Shown here: positions 9,817-19,972 of the stretch, in pieces
Numbering within the stretch: the stretch's first letter is position 1
Layout of the letters: each line of letters begins with the position of its first letter
Origin: Calditrichaceae bacterium
Lineage (GTDB): Bacteria; Calditrichota; Calditrichia; Calditrichales; JBFXGD01
Direction: 5' to 3'
NCBI GenBank assembly: GCA_050173015.1
Contig: JBFXLE010000004.1
Coordinates: 160,001-224,000, forward strand
Length of the DNA: 64,000 nt
Translations under genes and position numbers: made by a program
The notes under the pieces: generated by a model
The model's database searches: none
Told to the model about the DNA's origin: nothing
Seen by the model: the letters and a program-made list of their open reading frames with translations, nothing else

Positions 9817-12177
9817 TCAATATCTGACTGTGAAGCCGGCAATCAGATTTCTTCCAGGGCCGTTAATCCCGGATCCATGTTCCCTGTAATTTACATCGGT
9901 GATATTTTCCAGAGCCAGGCGTATTTCGTACTTTTTTGAATAGGTGAGACCCACTCTCAGGTTATACGTTTTCCATCCCGGAGTGCCTCTGGCAGGAATG
10001 CGTGGATCATCTTTGTCATCTGAAGAAAGCCGGTTTTGTGTTCCGGCGAAACGGAAATAAAAATCAGCATACCTGTTTTCATTGGTCCACTTCAAACCCA
10101 ATAAACCAAAGACGGGTGGAATTCCGCCCACAGGCTCATCCAACGATTTGTTCTGTCCCCGGGTGGCGGTAATATTCCCCCGCAGATTTAAATTATGAGC
10201 GAGAAAAAATTCCCCGTTTGCTTCAATACCCAGAATTTTAGCTTTACCGATATTTTGTTTTGATTTGACCTTATATTCGATATCGTTTTTCACAATATAA
10301 GGCATACCATTATAATTTGCGTCCGCGCTTGCAATCAGGTCAGTGATATCAGAATAATAGGCATCTAATCCGGCCACCAGTCTCTCCGTGTGAATTCTCA
10401 AACCCAGATCATAGCTCCAGATTTTTTCAGCATCCAAATCCGGATTTGGCACCTCATACGTGTTTCCTTTTGATTCGCCTAGTTTTGAAAGATCACTTAA
10501 ATTCGGCGCGCGAAAAGCCTGACCGGCGTGGGCGGTGACATTAATAAAATCCGTGAGCCTGTAAACTCCTCCAAAGCTGCCTGTGACAGAATGAAAATCC
10601 TGTGAAAATCTATTAGAACCGGTCTGTTCAGATGAATCCCGTATCATTAAAAAATTTGTAAGCGCGAGGTTGTATCTGAGACCAAAAGTCGCGCTAAATC
10701 GTTTAGAAACAGTTATTTCATCTTGCACAAACAATCCATAGCTGTTATAAATCGCTCCGTCAGGGTAGCGCCCTGTTTGATCCTCCTCCGAAATGCCGTT
10801 CACCTCATCGAAAACGCTCCTTCGGCTGTTAACATAATCATGATACATATCGGTACCGGCGGTAAGCAAATGTCGTGATTGGGCTGAATTTATCTGAAGG
10901 TTTAGTCCGAGTGTTTCTACATCATCGGTTTCAATGGTTAAAAAAGTTGATCCGTCTTTTTGTGTTTTACGCCCTTCTTCCTGTTTTTGAAATGAAACGG
11001 TTGTTTTAATCTCGTTAATATACTTTCCGTGCGGTTTGTTCTCATGCAATAGGTAAATAAGACTGCGCCTTTGCGGTTCATAGAGCCATTTTGAATAGTC
11101 ATCATTTTCATATTTGTCATAGCGCGGTACATCATCCTGATTTGATACTTGATAGGATAGAATAAACCGTCCCGCGGGACTCGGGGAGAATATCAGTTTT
11201 GCGTCTATATCCTGAGCCTTGAAACCGCTGGGCGACTGCAGCAGGCCATTGGTGGAATTCTCAAGTTCGGTATGACTGCTGTTTTTGCCCCTGCGCAGAT
11301 CATTATAGTCCTTTAACGTAAAGCCGCCGCTGAAGGCGATCCTCTTATTCCGGTATGAGATGCCGCCTCTGAGCAGACGTTCATCATCCGCTGATGCATA
11401 TCGCCCGGTCAGCAAATAATTCAAAGATTTGTCATTGTCGGTGAATCCCGGTTCTTTTGTGAGGAGATTGATTGTTCCTCCGAGAGCATCGCTTCCATAC
11501 AGAACGGATGAGGGACCGCGAACAACTTCAATTCGCTCCAGATTCTGATTGTCAACCGTCGTCAGATACTGATGGTTGCCAAGCCGGTAAGTGGAATTAT
11601 TCAGCCTGATACCGTCCACCAGAATGAGAATCTGATTTGACCCAAATCCCCGGATTATCGCTGAACCACCGCCATGATTTGTCTTTTGAACAAAAATACC
11701 ATTTTCTTCACGTAAAGCCTCAGCGGTTGTTTTGGAATTTCTTTCAAGTATTTTCAGCGCGCTGACCGAATTAACCGCGGTAGAAAGTTCATAGGATTCC
11801 TGTCGGGTTCTGGTAGCGGTTATCACGGCCGCGTCAGTTTCAAACAACTGTTCCGTCAGTTGAATGGGGTCAAGTGAAATACTGGAATTTTCATTTACTA
11901 AAATATTCTTAATAATTTTTATCTTATATCCGATATGTGAGATTTTTAAATCATACTTTCCAGGATTCAGAGCATCAAAAGTGAATTTCCCTTCCTTGTC
12001 CGAAATAGCGGTTTTTTCTGATTCTAAAATCTTGATATACGCGTTCTGTACCGGCGCATTTTCACTGTCAATGATAACGCCGGTTACAACCCTAATGCCA
12101 TTCTGCGCGTTAAGGGACAATGGGAGCAGTAATAAAATCGAAGCGATCAGGAATTTTCTCTGAATTACAATACGCAC
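9817..12177 (-). CDS. TonB-dependent receptor with N-terminal carboxypeptidase-regulatory-like domain
   Basis: Signal peptide; VITATRT, IRGFGSNQILILVDGIRLN, IEVVRGPSSVLYGSDALGGTIN; C-terminal GRNLIAGFTVRY. Confidence 0.9.
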   Translation of the reverse strand: MRIVIQRKFLIASILLLLPLSLNAQNGIRVVTGVIIDSENAPVQNAYIKILESEKTAISDKEGKFTFDALNPGKYDLKISHIGYKIKIIKNILVNENSSISLDPIQLTEQLFETDAAVITATRTRQESYELSTAVNSVSALKILERNSKTTAEALREENGIFVQKTNHGGGSAIIRGFGSNQILILVDGIRLNNSTYRLGNHQYLTTVDNQNLERIEVVRGPSSVLYGSDALGGTINLLTKEPGFTDNDKSLNYLLTGRYASADDERLLRGGISYRNKRIAFSGGFTLKDYNDLRRGKNSSHTELENSTNGLLQSPSGFKAQDIDAKLIFSPSPAGRFILSYQVSNQDDVPRYDKYENDDYSKWLYEPQRRSLIYLLHENKPHGKYINEIKTTVSFQKQEEGRKTQKDGSTFLTIETDDVETLGLNLQINSAQSRHLLTAGTDMYHDYVNSRRSVFDEVNGISEEDQTGRYPDGAIYNSYGLFVQDEITVSKRFSATFGLRYNLALTNFLMIRDSSEQTGSNRFSQDFHSVTGSFGGVYRLTDFINVTAHAGQAFRAPNLSDLSKLGESKGNTYEVPNPDLDAEKIWSYDLGLRIHTERLVAGLDAYYSDITDLIASADANYNGMPYIVKNDIEYKVKSKQNIGKAKILGIEANGEFFLAHNLNLRGNITATRGQNKSLDEPVGGIPPVFGLLGLKWTNENRYADFYFRFAGTQNRLSSDDKDDPRIPARGTPGWKTYNLRVGLTYSKKYEIRLALENITDVNYREHGSGINGPGRNLIAGFTVRY

Positions 12178-12355
12178 TATCTCAACTTCTCAAGTTTAAA
12201 TTTCAGAAAATTTGTCTGAAATTAGTCAACAATCTTTTTATTTAAATGATGAATCATCAGAGTGATCCTAATTTAATCAAATGATAATTTATATATGTGA
12301 TAAAGATAACTGAAACAAAAGTAGAGTGATTATTATTTTAATCTGTCTCATTTAT

Positions 12356-12397
12356 AAAAAAAAAATCCGCCACATCGATTGAAGCAGCGGATTTTTT
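12356..12397 (-). terminator. Intrinsic terminator after the cold-shock gene
   Basis: AAAAAATCCGC...GCGGATTTTTT inverted repeat with a long T tail on the minus strand. Confidence 0.7.
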
Positions 12398-12420
12398 GTG
12401 GTTTTCAGTAACGCTTGCTT

Positions 12421-12633
12421 TTAGCTTATAAGTACCAAATCGCTGGCGACCGGTCCTTTATTTCCATCAACAACGGTAAATTCGACTTTTTGCGATTCCT
12501 CCAGCGTTTTAAATCCTTCCGTCTGAATTGCGGTATAATGGACAAAGATATCTTCACCATTATCGGTACTAATGAAGCCATACCCTTTTTTGGCATCAAA
12601 CCATTTTACGGTGCCTGTTTGACGATCAGCCAT
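12421..12633 (-). CDS. Cold-shock protein (CspA family)
   Basis: [24 protein letters not shown]; start placed at ATG 12633 after a GGAGG RBS. Confidence 0.93.
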   Translation of the reverse strand: MADRQTGTVKWFDAKKGYGFISTDNGEDIFVHYTAIQTEGFKTLEESQKVEFTVVDGNKGPVASDLVLIS

Positions 12634-12875
12634 TTGAAAAAAACCTCCCAATAAAACTTATACTTAAAGATATTAAATAATAACAGCGCATCTTTGTTTT
12701 CGATTGATCAAAGAATATCTGTCATCAAAAAAACAAAAATAATTAACATTATATTTTAAAGCAATGAGAAAAATCAATGATTATTTTGTGGTTTGGTGGT
12801 TAAAAAAAGCGAATGTGTTGTAATAAGTTGCTCGGTTTCGGGGCCGGAATCATATCGGCGCGGTGTTTGACGAAT

Positions 12876-13706
12876 CTAAACAGTACGGTATACTACCTTG
12901 TTTTTCCCATTATTTTTGGCGTTGTACATCAGATTATCGGCTTCTTTAATGGCTGTATTTACCGAAGAAGGCGGAATATTATAAGTGACAAGACCAATGC
13001 TGAATGTAACCGGCCAGCCATTTGTTCTCATGTAATTTAAAAGTGTCTTTTGAATTCTGTCAATGGATTTACGCGCTTCATCATGATAGATCTCCGGAAA
13101 CATAATGATGAATTCATCGCCTCCCAGACGCGCTACTATATCAATGGCCCGGATATTTTTTTGTAGGATTTGAGCGGTCGATCTTATGAGCAGATCACCG
13201 GTGTCATGTCCCAGATTGTCATTTACCCACTTAAAATTATCAAGATCGATATAAGCGAATGACAGGGGATGGTTGAAACGTTCAGCGCGAAGGATTTCAA
13301 GCGCCGCAAATTCGTCAAAATTACGCGGATTGGAAACACCTGTCATCGAATCGGTTCGGGATAATTTTTGTTCTATCTGCAGTAATTCCTTTAATTTCGC
13401 AATCATGAATACGATAATGAGAAAAAAGGCCAGGCGGACGATCATATTCCAATAGGCGATAATGATAGTGGAATAGGTGTGTCCCCCGATTAAATCGGCA
13501 GCAAGCCATTCAATGGCGGCGATAAAAGCCAGAACAAGACCGCAATTTTTGTTCCCGTACCAGACGGACATCATGATAGGAAACAGATAAAAAATGGAAA
13601 AACTGATTTCTTGTCCGGTAATGAGATCTATTAATCCGATTAACAGGACTAAAAGAAGAGAAATAATAAGAGTCAACCAAAGGGGAGAGTTTTTTAATGA
13701 AAACAT
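12876..13706 (-). CDS. Membrane-anchored diguanylate cyclase
   Basis: About 4 N-terminal TM segments; DLDNFKWVNDNLGH and ARLGGDEF motifs. Confidence 0.9.
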   Translation of the reverse strand: MFSLKNSPLWLTLIISLLLVLLIGLIDLITGQEISFSIFYLFPIMMSVWYGNKNCGLVLAFIAAIEWLAADLIGGHTYSTIIIAYWNMIVRLAFFLIIVFMIAKLKELLQIEQKLSRTDSMTGVSNPRNFDEFAALEILRAERFNHPLSFAYIDLDNFKWVNDNLGHDTGDLLIRSTAQILQKNIRAIDIVARLGGDEFIIMFPEIYHDEARKSIDRIQKTLLNYMRTNGWPVTFSIGLVTYNIPPSSVNTAIKEADNLMYNAKNNGKNKVVYRTV

Positions 13707-13799
13707 ACATTATCCCGGTCAGTATATTCCTTTTGAATCCAGATTTTGCCCAAATTTCATATATCCATAAAAAAACAAACTAAAAAGCAGCAAAAAATG

Positions 13800-13830
13800 A
13801 AAATGCCGGTCAGAATGTCTCCGGCATTTT
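13800..13830 (-). terminator. Terminator hairpin after slyD
   Basis: AAAATGCCGG-11 nt-CCGGCATTTT. Confidence 0.65.
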
Positions 13831-13848
13831 CTCAATCGTCTTTAAAGT

Positions 13849-14334
13849 TTAATGATGATGCCCACCTGCTCCGTGTACATGTCCGTGAGCCAGTTCTTCG
13901 GGAGAAGCATCCCGTACATCTACCAACTCAAGATCGAATGTCAAACTTTTACCTGCCAACGGATGGTTGAAATCTATTGTTATTTCATCATTATCAATTT
14001 CTTTGATAAAAAACGGAAGTTGTTTTCCGTCGCCCATATCTGCCATAAAATTCATGCCCTCTTGCAGTTCTATATCCTCTGGAAAATCTGAACGGCTTGC
14101 TTTCTGAATGGCATTTTCTTCAAATTCACCGTAGGCGTCTTCGGGAAGTAATTCAACAGTTCCTTTGGAATTGATCAGCATGGTACTGATTTTTTCCTCA
14201 AGTTTCGGGAGAATCTGATCACGTCCGCTTAAGAAAGAATATGGTTGATTTTTATCTGCTACTTCAAGGGTTGTTCCGTTTTCATCCTTTAATGTAAAAT
14301 GTACGGTCACAACCTGATCAGGTTTGATTGCCAT
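13849..14334 (-). CDS. slyD: FKBP-type peptidyl-prolyl isomerase SlyD
   Basis: PEDAYGE, IDFNHPLAGKSLTFD and His-rich tail ELAHGHVHGAGGHHH; start at MAIKPDQ. Confidence 0.9.
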   Translation of the reverse strand: MAIKPDQVVTVHFTLKDENGTTLEVADKNQPYSFLSGRDQILPKLEEKISTMLINSKGTVELLPEDAYGEFEENAIQKASRSDFPEDIELQEGMNFMADMGDGKQLPFFIKEIDNDEITIDFNHPLAGKSLTFDLELVDVRDASPEELAHGHVHGAGGHHH

Positions 14335-14435
14335 GCAAAACCCCTTTAAATTAATACGCAATTAACATTTAATTATTTTGAATATTGATGATTGACATGC
14401 AAAATACGAAAAGAAGCCTGTTTTTCCAAAACTGT

Positions 14436-16814
14436 TTAAAGCCAGCGCAATAATCCAAAACCTACATAATAGTTCCTGCTATCAATTCTTTTTGTCAAAT
14501 CTAAACGAAAAAATCCGAGTAAGCCGTTAACTGAAATTCCAAGTTCATGATGAGTGCCTTCGGTTTCATTATAATGATAATCGGTTGACCTTTTTCTGTG
14601 ATCTGAAATACGGGTCGATCCATGCGCGCCATGCAAAAGAATACCGATGTTTCTATCCACCAGAAAACGAAGTCCGACCAGTTCGAATGGAACTGTTCTA
14701 AAATTGTGTTCCCAGAATAGCCCAAAGTAATCTTCTCCCTCATAGGGAATATTCCTGAGGGACCGAAATGCCGCGAATGGGCTGAATATACTCATACCGG
14801 CGTCAAGAATTCCAAACCGTTGAACAGGTAGTTCACCATCAGAAATACCACCTGTAATGTGGATATTCAATGTGTTTGGAAACAGCCTTCTGGTCAGAAA
14901 TGTATTGATGTGGAAGTCGATACTGCCTGTAACTCTGGTGAAAGAAAAGTCACTGTTCAGTATATCCGGTGAACTGTATTCGATCGCCATATTCGCGCCA
15001 TTTTGCCCAATCAGGCCGAACGGAATAAACTCTTCACCATAGTGTAAAGAAAGGGTAAAAGATCTTAATTCTCCTTCATCAATTTCCGGATTTATTCTCT
15101 GGGTAAAATCATATCCAAACAGGTTATAGTCATTGTTTTTTGAAAGGGAAGAGTGTTCTTCGCTCGCGAAGGCGGCCGAGATAATTGAATTGATTTTTTC
15201 AAACCGGTAACCGGTTTCTAATTTCACAGATTCCTTCCAGTAATAGTCAAAATAATCGCTTTTGGCTAAAAGGGGAAGGATACTGGCGACCGTTCTTGAG
15301 TATGTTTGCGATTCATATCTCGTTGAAGATCCTAACGTGTAGTCCAGGCCTATCCAGGCTACTTTTTTCCTGCCAACGGAATATTTTAAACCTGCTTCGA
15401 AACTTCCCTTATTCAGGTCAGTGTTGTAGGCTCCGACCAGAGAATATTTCCAATTGTCCATAAAATTACGTTTTAATGCAACCCCCGCGTGAAGACCGTC
15501 AACACGATTAAACCAAAATTGCGGGCTCAGACCGCTGAACAGATTTTTTTGACCGTTCTGTTCTCCGTTATCCTCATTTCCAAACGAGATACTCGCCATT
15601 TTGGCAAGAAAACCGGTGGGTTTGAATGCTTTCTCGAGTGTTTCTGTACTGTCGATCGTTTCATAGGCGTTCACTTCGGAAGTTGATAAGGGAACAATTT
15701 CCGTGGATAGGGCGAACAATGAATCATTTTTGATGGATAGCGTGTCGATTGTAAGTATGTCATTTTTCCTGTAAAGTGAATCCGGTAATTCAACATTGAT
15801 CTGATAATCGGTAAGACGGCCTATCTGTCTGTATTTGATTCTTGGAAAATCAAGCCCGGTCATTCCGAATTTTATATTTCCGTTAATGCGAATATCAACC
15901 GGAAGCCAGAATTCTTTTCCAAAATTACTAAACTGCTGTTTGTAGTATAGATTCCATTCCTGTATTGGTGGAGGAAAGAATGTCGTGCGGCTGTAAGGTT
16001 TCAGATTCGCCTCAATCATACAGAAAATACTGTCAAGAATCGATATGTTTCCGACAAAAACCGGTTGTAATTTTGTAATAGGTATGACTTCAATATCAAA
16101 AACTATCGTCGAATCAAGATACCGTTTACCCGTCAATTTAAATTCATAATACTTAAACGCGTTACTATGGGTGGGACCAATCAGGTTGGAGCCCTGAAGT
16201 TTTATATCATCGTTGTAAAAATTCGGAAAATAACTGCTGAAGGCGAAATTCTCGGCAGATTCTAGATTTACCGTTTGCCTGCGAGATTTAATGATTTCCC
16301 GGGCGCCCTTTTTTTTGTCCCAGAACGTCTCCGAAATGCTCTCGGCGATGGACACAATGCCTGAATCATTCTCCAGAATCACGCGTGTATAGGCATCGGC
16401 TTTATAGGTATTCATTTTTTGATGCCATTCCTGTTTGCGTTTGATGACCTCCCTCATTATTCCCATGGCAGGATCTTCTGCAATTACAATAATCGGATCG
16501 GATTCAAGAACTACGGGTCTCAGCATTATATGAAGTTCCCGGTCCGATTCGGTCTGCACAAGAACTTTTTTTGTCTCATATCCGATATAAGTTATAATGA
16601 GTGTCACTCGCGGTTGAGATGTTTCAATACGAAATTTTCCATCCTCATTGGTAATTGTGCCCCGGTAGGTGCCTTCAATTTGAAGATTTGCCGCCGGTAA
16701 GAACTGCCCCGTTTCTGAGTCTCTGACTGATCCGGATATGATTACCTGCGCGGATGCCGGAAGACTAAAATAAAAGAAAAACAATATAATACATAACAGA
16801 TGCGAACGCGGCAT
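14436..16814 (-). CDS. Outer-membrane protein, carboxypeptidase-regulatory-like domain plus DUF5686-type body
   Basis: Signal peptide, SGSVRDSETGQFLPAANL..GTITNEDGKF, AEDPAMGIMREVI; beta-rich C-terminus FFRLD. Start set at MPRSH. Confidence 0.75.
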   Translation of the reverse strand: MPRSHLLCIILFFFYFSLPASAQVIISGSVRDSETGQFLPAANLQIEGTYRGTITNEDGKFRIETSQPRVTLIITYIGYETKKVLVQTESDRELHIMLRPVVLESDPIIVIAEDPAMGIMREVIKRKQEWHQKMNTYKADAYTRVILENDSGIVSIAESISETFWDKKKGAREIIKSRRQTVNLESAENFAFSSYFPNFYNDDIKLQGSNLIGPTHSNAFKYYEFKLTGKRYLDSTIVFDIEVIPITKLQPVFVGNISILDSIFCMIEANLKPYSRTTFFPPPIQEWNLYYKQQFSNFGKEFWLPVDIRINGNIKFGMTGLDFPRIKYRQIGRLTDYQINVELPDSLYRKNDILTIDTLSIKNDSLFALSTEIVPLSTSEVNAYETIDSTETLEKAFKPTGFLAKMASISFGNEDNGEQNGQKNLFSGLSPQFWFNRVDGLHAGVALKRNFMDNWKYSLVGAYNTDLNKGSFEAGLKYSVGRKKVAWIGLDYTLGSSTRYESQTYSRTVASILPLLAKSDYFDYYWKESVKLETGYRFEKINSIISAAFASEEHSSLSKNNDYNLFGYDFTQRINPEIDEGELRSFTLSLHYGEEFIPFGLIGQNGANMAIEYSSPDILNSDFSFTRVTGSIDFHINTFLTRRLFPNTLNIHITGGISDGELPVQRFGILDAGMSIFSPFAAFRSLRNIPYEGEDYFGLFWEHNFRTVPFELVGLRFLVDRNIGILLHGAHGSTRISDHRKRSTDYHYNETEGTHHELGISVNGLLGFFRLDLTKRIDSRNYYVGFGLLRWL

Positions 16815-16957
16815 AAAGAAAAACCTCTTGGTCAACCGGTAAATACCTGCGGAATAAACGAAAAATTGACAGTTTGTCAAATCATATTAGTTAAATTTAC
16901 GCCGGAAGGCGGGAAAAGTTTTAAACAATAAAATATACCGGCTGTCCGGATAATATT

Positions 16958-17803
16958 TTATTGATAAAGGTTATTTAAAATATACTCGTCATAAAAATCA
17001 AATGTGCCTATGATCTCTGAGTTTTCATTCATCAATGCCAGTTCTTTTATCAGTATCGTTCTTTTTATCAAGCCGGATTCTCCGATATAGTCAAAGTATT
17101 CCACGTCATTATCCCAAACACTGTCATAATCGAAATCGAACAACCACTGTACAACAAAACAGTCAAAAGACCCGACAATCACCTGAATAACTTTCTTCCC
17201 GGTAACTTCCTTGTCAATAACCCAGGAACTATTTTCTGTTCTGAAATTCCAGTGCGCGCCAACTGTCATGGGGAATTGTAGTGTTTTTACAGGCGGATCT
17301 TCAATATAAATTGTATCAGCAACTGTTCCTGAAAACGGGACTAAATCAGTTATCGATCCTGTCAGTTCCTTAATCCCTGTAAAAATTTTACCCTTGAATA
17401 AAACAGGTATCGATGAGCCGGGTTTTGGGAAAACAACCGGGCCTGCCGTCGCTGAATATGCGTAAAGATACATTCCGTCATTTTGTATTTGATAGTAATT
17501 GGTGGATTTTGATACTCCAAAGTCAAATACCTCCTCACCATAGAAGGCGTATGTTTCAATCGAATTATCAAACATCATTTTTCCAATAATTTCGATCGAG
17601 ACCTCGGATGAATCCCTTAGATTTAATTGATCATTTAAAGAATCTGGTTGGAAATTCCGGAATTCCGAGAATCTAGAATAGGTCCAGCGGGTTCCTGTTT
17701 TATTGGGAAAATCGGAAAGGGAATCCGAATTGTCTTCATCGCAGCTGGCTGCCAAAAACATAGTTAAAAATAAGTAAATAAGGGAAAATAAAATACGCAT
17801 CAT
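16958..17803 (-). CDS. Hypothetical lipoprotein
   Basis: AGGAG RBS before MMRILF; lipobox LAASC; FPNKTGTRWTY and VGSFDCF motifs. Confidence 0.65.
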   Translation of the reverse strand: MMRILFSLIYLFLTMFLAASCDEDNSDSLSDFPNKTGTRWTYSRFSEFRNFQPDSLNDQLNLRDSSEVSIEIIGKMMFDNSIETYAFYGEEVFDFGVSKSTNYYQIQNDGMYLYAYSATAGPVVFPKPGSSIPVLFKGKIFTGIKELTGSITDLVPFSGTVADTIYIEDPPVKTLQFPMTVGAHWNFRTENSSWVIDKEVTGKKVIQVIVGSFDCFVVQWLFDFDYDSVWDNDVEYFDYIGESGLIKRTILIKELALMNENSEIIGTFDFYDEYILNNLYQ

Positions 17804-18215
17804 TTTTCTCCTTTTTTTGGCTACCGGTAGCATAATATAAATGAAAGGATTCAGCAATAAAAGCGATAAAAATCATGGTGAAAAGGAGGGCTAAATTTAG
17901 TACCGATGATGTTTTCAGGAACAATTTAATTGTTCTTGCCATACCAATTTGGATCATATAAATTCCGTTTAATGTTGTGTTTGAAATCAATGATACTTTC
18001 AAAATGATTTAATAATATTGCTTACCTTCTGTTGTGGAAACCCGAGGCGTTTTCCAGGTCTCATAAATTCGGATATTTTAATCATGATGATAAAATTCGG
18101 TATATGACTAAACTATAGATCAAAGCAGTCTAACGGCGATTTTAAGAGTTTTATTTTATACCGGTTATAAGTGAAGGATTTTAAGCCAATTTAAACATGT
18201 GGAATGGAGGCAGCC

Positions 18216-19865
18216 ATGAAAATGTTTCATTACTTTTTCCGCTTTTCTGTTTTAATGGTTTTTTTGGTTTTAGCCTGTTCTGAGAGTGATGACGGTCCGA
18301 CAGGTAATGACTCGGAAGGCGCCAAAGCAATCGTGCAGCAGGCCAATGAAGCTCTGGGAAATGTACTCTACAATCTGATAAACAGTGACGGATTGAGCGG
18401 CCCGGGTGAAATTAATTTCAGTGAGCCCTTCGGCTTGTATAACGAAGCCTATTCAAAAGATAATTCAAATCTTGACGCGAATTTCGGACTGGGATTATGT
18501 GGAATATTGATGATGACGCAGGATCAGATGGTGATTGATGCGTTTGATGACTGGTCTGCTTATCTCGGTGAAAACAGTCCGTTTGAAGCGCCATTGGCAA
18601 AAAAGTCAAAGTCCGACATTAAAATTGGTTTTCCCACGGGAATAGAATATTTTAATATTCCGGTTAAAACTTTAGCCAAAACGATGGTCGGAACTCAGAA
18701 AATGGTGCTTGCGGAAGCCCCTAAAATAAGCGCTATTCAGAATATCCTTAAAAGTAAAATGCTGCCGGTTCTTAATTTTGCGATCTCAGCTCTGGAACGG
18801 ATCGATGATAATCCCGACTATGTCTTTAAGATTACTCCGAAAATGCAGGGTGATATGCTCGAAGACACCCTTGAAGTGGATCTTACAGAAATTTACGCCT
18901 TCGAAGTCAGCCTGAATGTTCTGAAAGCAATGGTCGATATGGCCATATCCTACAATGTTGATTTTAGCAGTTATGACAGTATAGGGGTTAAGGAAACTTT
19001 TTCCCAGGGAAGCACATTCCTTACTGTGAGGGACGGCGGGGTTTACCTTTCGGACGCAAAATCCGCCATATTGTTATCCGTTGATAAACTGGAAGACGGC
19101 ATCAATTTTCTGCGAAATGAAACCGATCCTCAGGGGAATGATATTATCAAAGTTGGACCGGATAATATAACCGCCGCTGATTTGGATTCAATCCTTGCTC
19201 ATACCGATGATGTCCGTGAAATACTGACCGCGGATATGACCTTCAGCGATGACTGGGATGATGATTTCTCCACACCCGATGAAAATCTGACCTTCAATTT
19301 TGGAAAGTTTTTTGATAATCCCGTTAGTGATTTCAAATCCAAATTCCCTGGTTATACCGTTTCCGTGGGCAGAGACACGGTGGATTGGGATTATTACTGG
19401 AGTGATTATCTGACTTCAGCGCTCACTGCAAATATCGATGTTTCAAGTCCGGGGGGCTATCAATATTCACATTCATATTCATGGGATAAATGGGGATATG
19501 AATACGATTATTTAGATGCCAATGTGGAAATCCAGTCATTTGACGCTGCATTTGCGGCAAAGATTGATGAGCTTTTAAATATGGATAATATTGAATCTTT
19601 CTATGTGCATATCTATTTCTATCAATATTTCAATGAAGCCGGACAATATCAGATTATTACGGACCTCGAATGGTATTACAGCCGTGAAGTGCCATCACAA
19701 GCCATATATGTGCCGATTATAACCTGGAACGCTTCCACATATTCTGAATGGATATTACCGGATGCGACATTTAATGGTATTCTACCCGGGATGACAGATT
19801 CGGAATTTAAACGAATTTTTGGATTAACGGCCGATGACTGGGAAAAAACGATCAGATTATATTAA
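18216..19865 (+). CDS. Hypothetical acidic lipoprotein
   Basis: Long ORF; GGAGG before MKMFH; lipobox VLAC. Confidence 0.7.
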   Translation: MKMFHYFFRFSVLMVFLVLACSESDDGPTGNDSEGAKAIVQQANEALGNVLYNLINSDGLSGPGEINFSEPFGLYNEAYSKDNSNLDANFGLGLCGILMMTQDQMVIDAFDDWSAYLGENSPFEAPLAKKSKSDIKIGFPTGIEYFNIPVKTLAKTMVGTQKMVLAEAPKISAIQNILKSKMLPVLNFAISALERIDDNPDYVFKITPKMQGDMLEDTLEVDLTEIYAFEVSLNVLKAMVDMAISYNVDFSSYDSIGVKETFSQGSTFLTVRDGGVYLSDAKSAILLSVDKLEDGINFLRNETDPQGNDIIKVGPDNITAADLDSILAHTDDVREILTADMTFSDDWDDDFSTPDENLTFNFGKFFDNPVSDFKSKFPGYTVSVGRDTVDWDYYWSDYLTSALTANIDVSSPGGYQYSHSYSWDKWGYEYDYLDANVEIQSFDAAFAAKIDELLNMDNIESFYVHIYFYQYFNEAGQYQIITDLEWYYSREVPSQAIYVPIITWNASTYSEWILPDATFNGILPGMTDSEFKRIFGLTADDWEKTIRLY

Positions 19866-19881
19866 CTGAGAAACCAACGCT

Positions 19882-19934
19882 AAGGCTGTCCGGCAAAATA
19901 TATCAAATGAATTTAGACATATCCGGGCAGCCTT
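19882..19934 (+). terminator. Large-loop hairpin, possible terminator
   Basis: AAGGCTGTCCGG...CCGGGCAGCCTT followed by T-rich sequence. Confidence 0.5.
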
Positions 19935-19972
19935 TATTAATTTTTCCGTTTAACAAACCGGGTAATTGATTA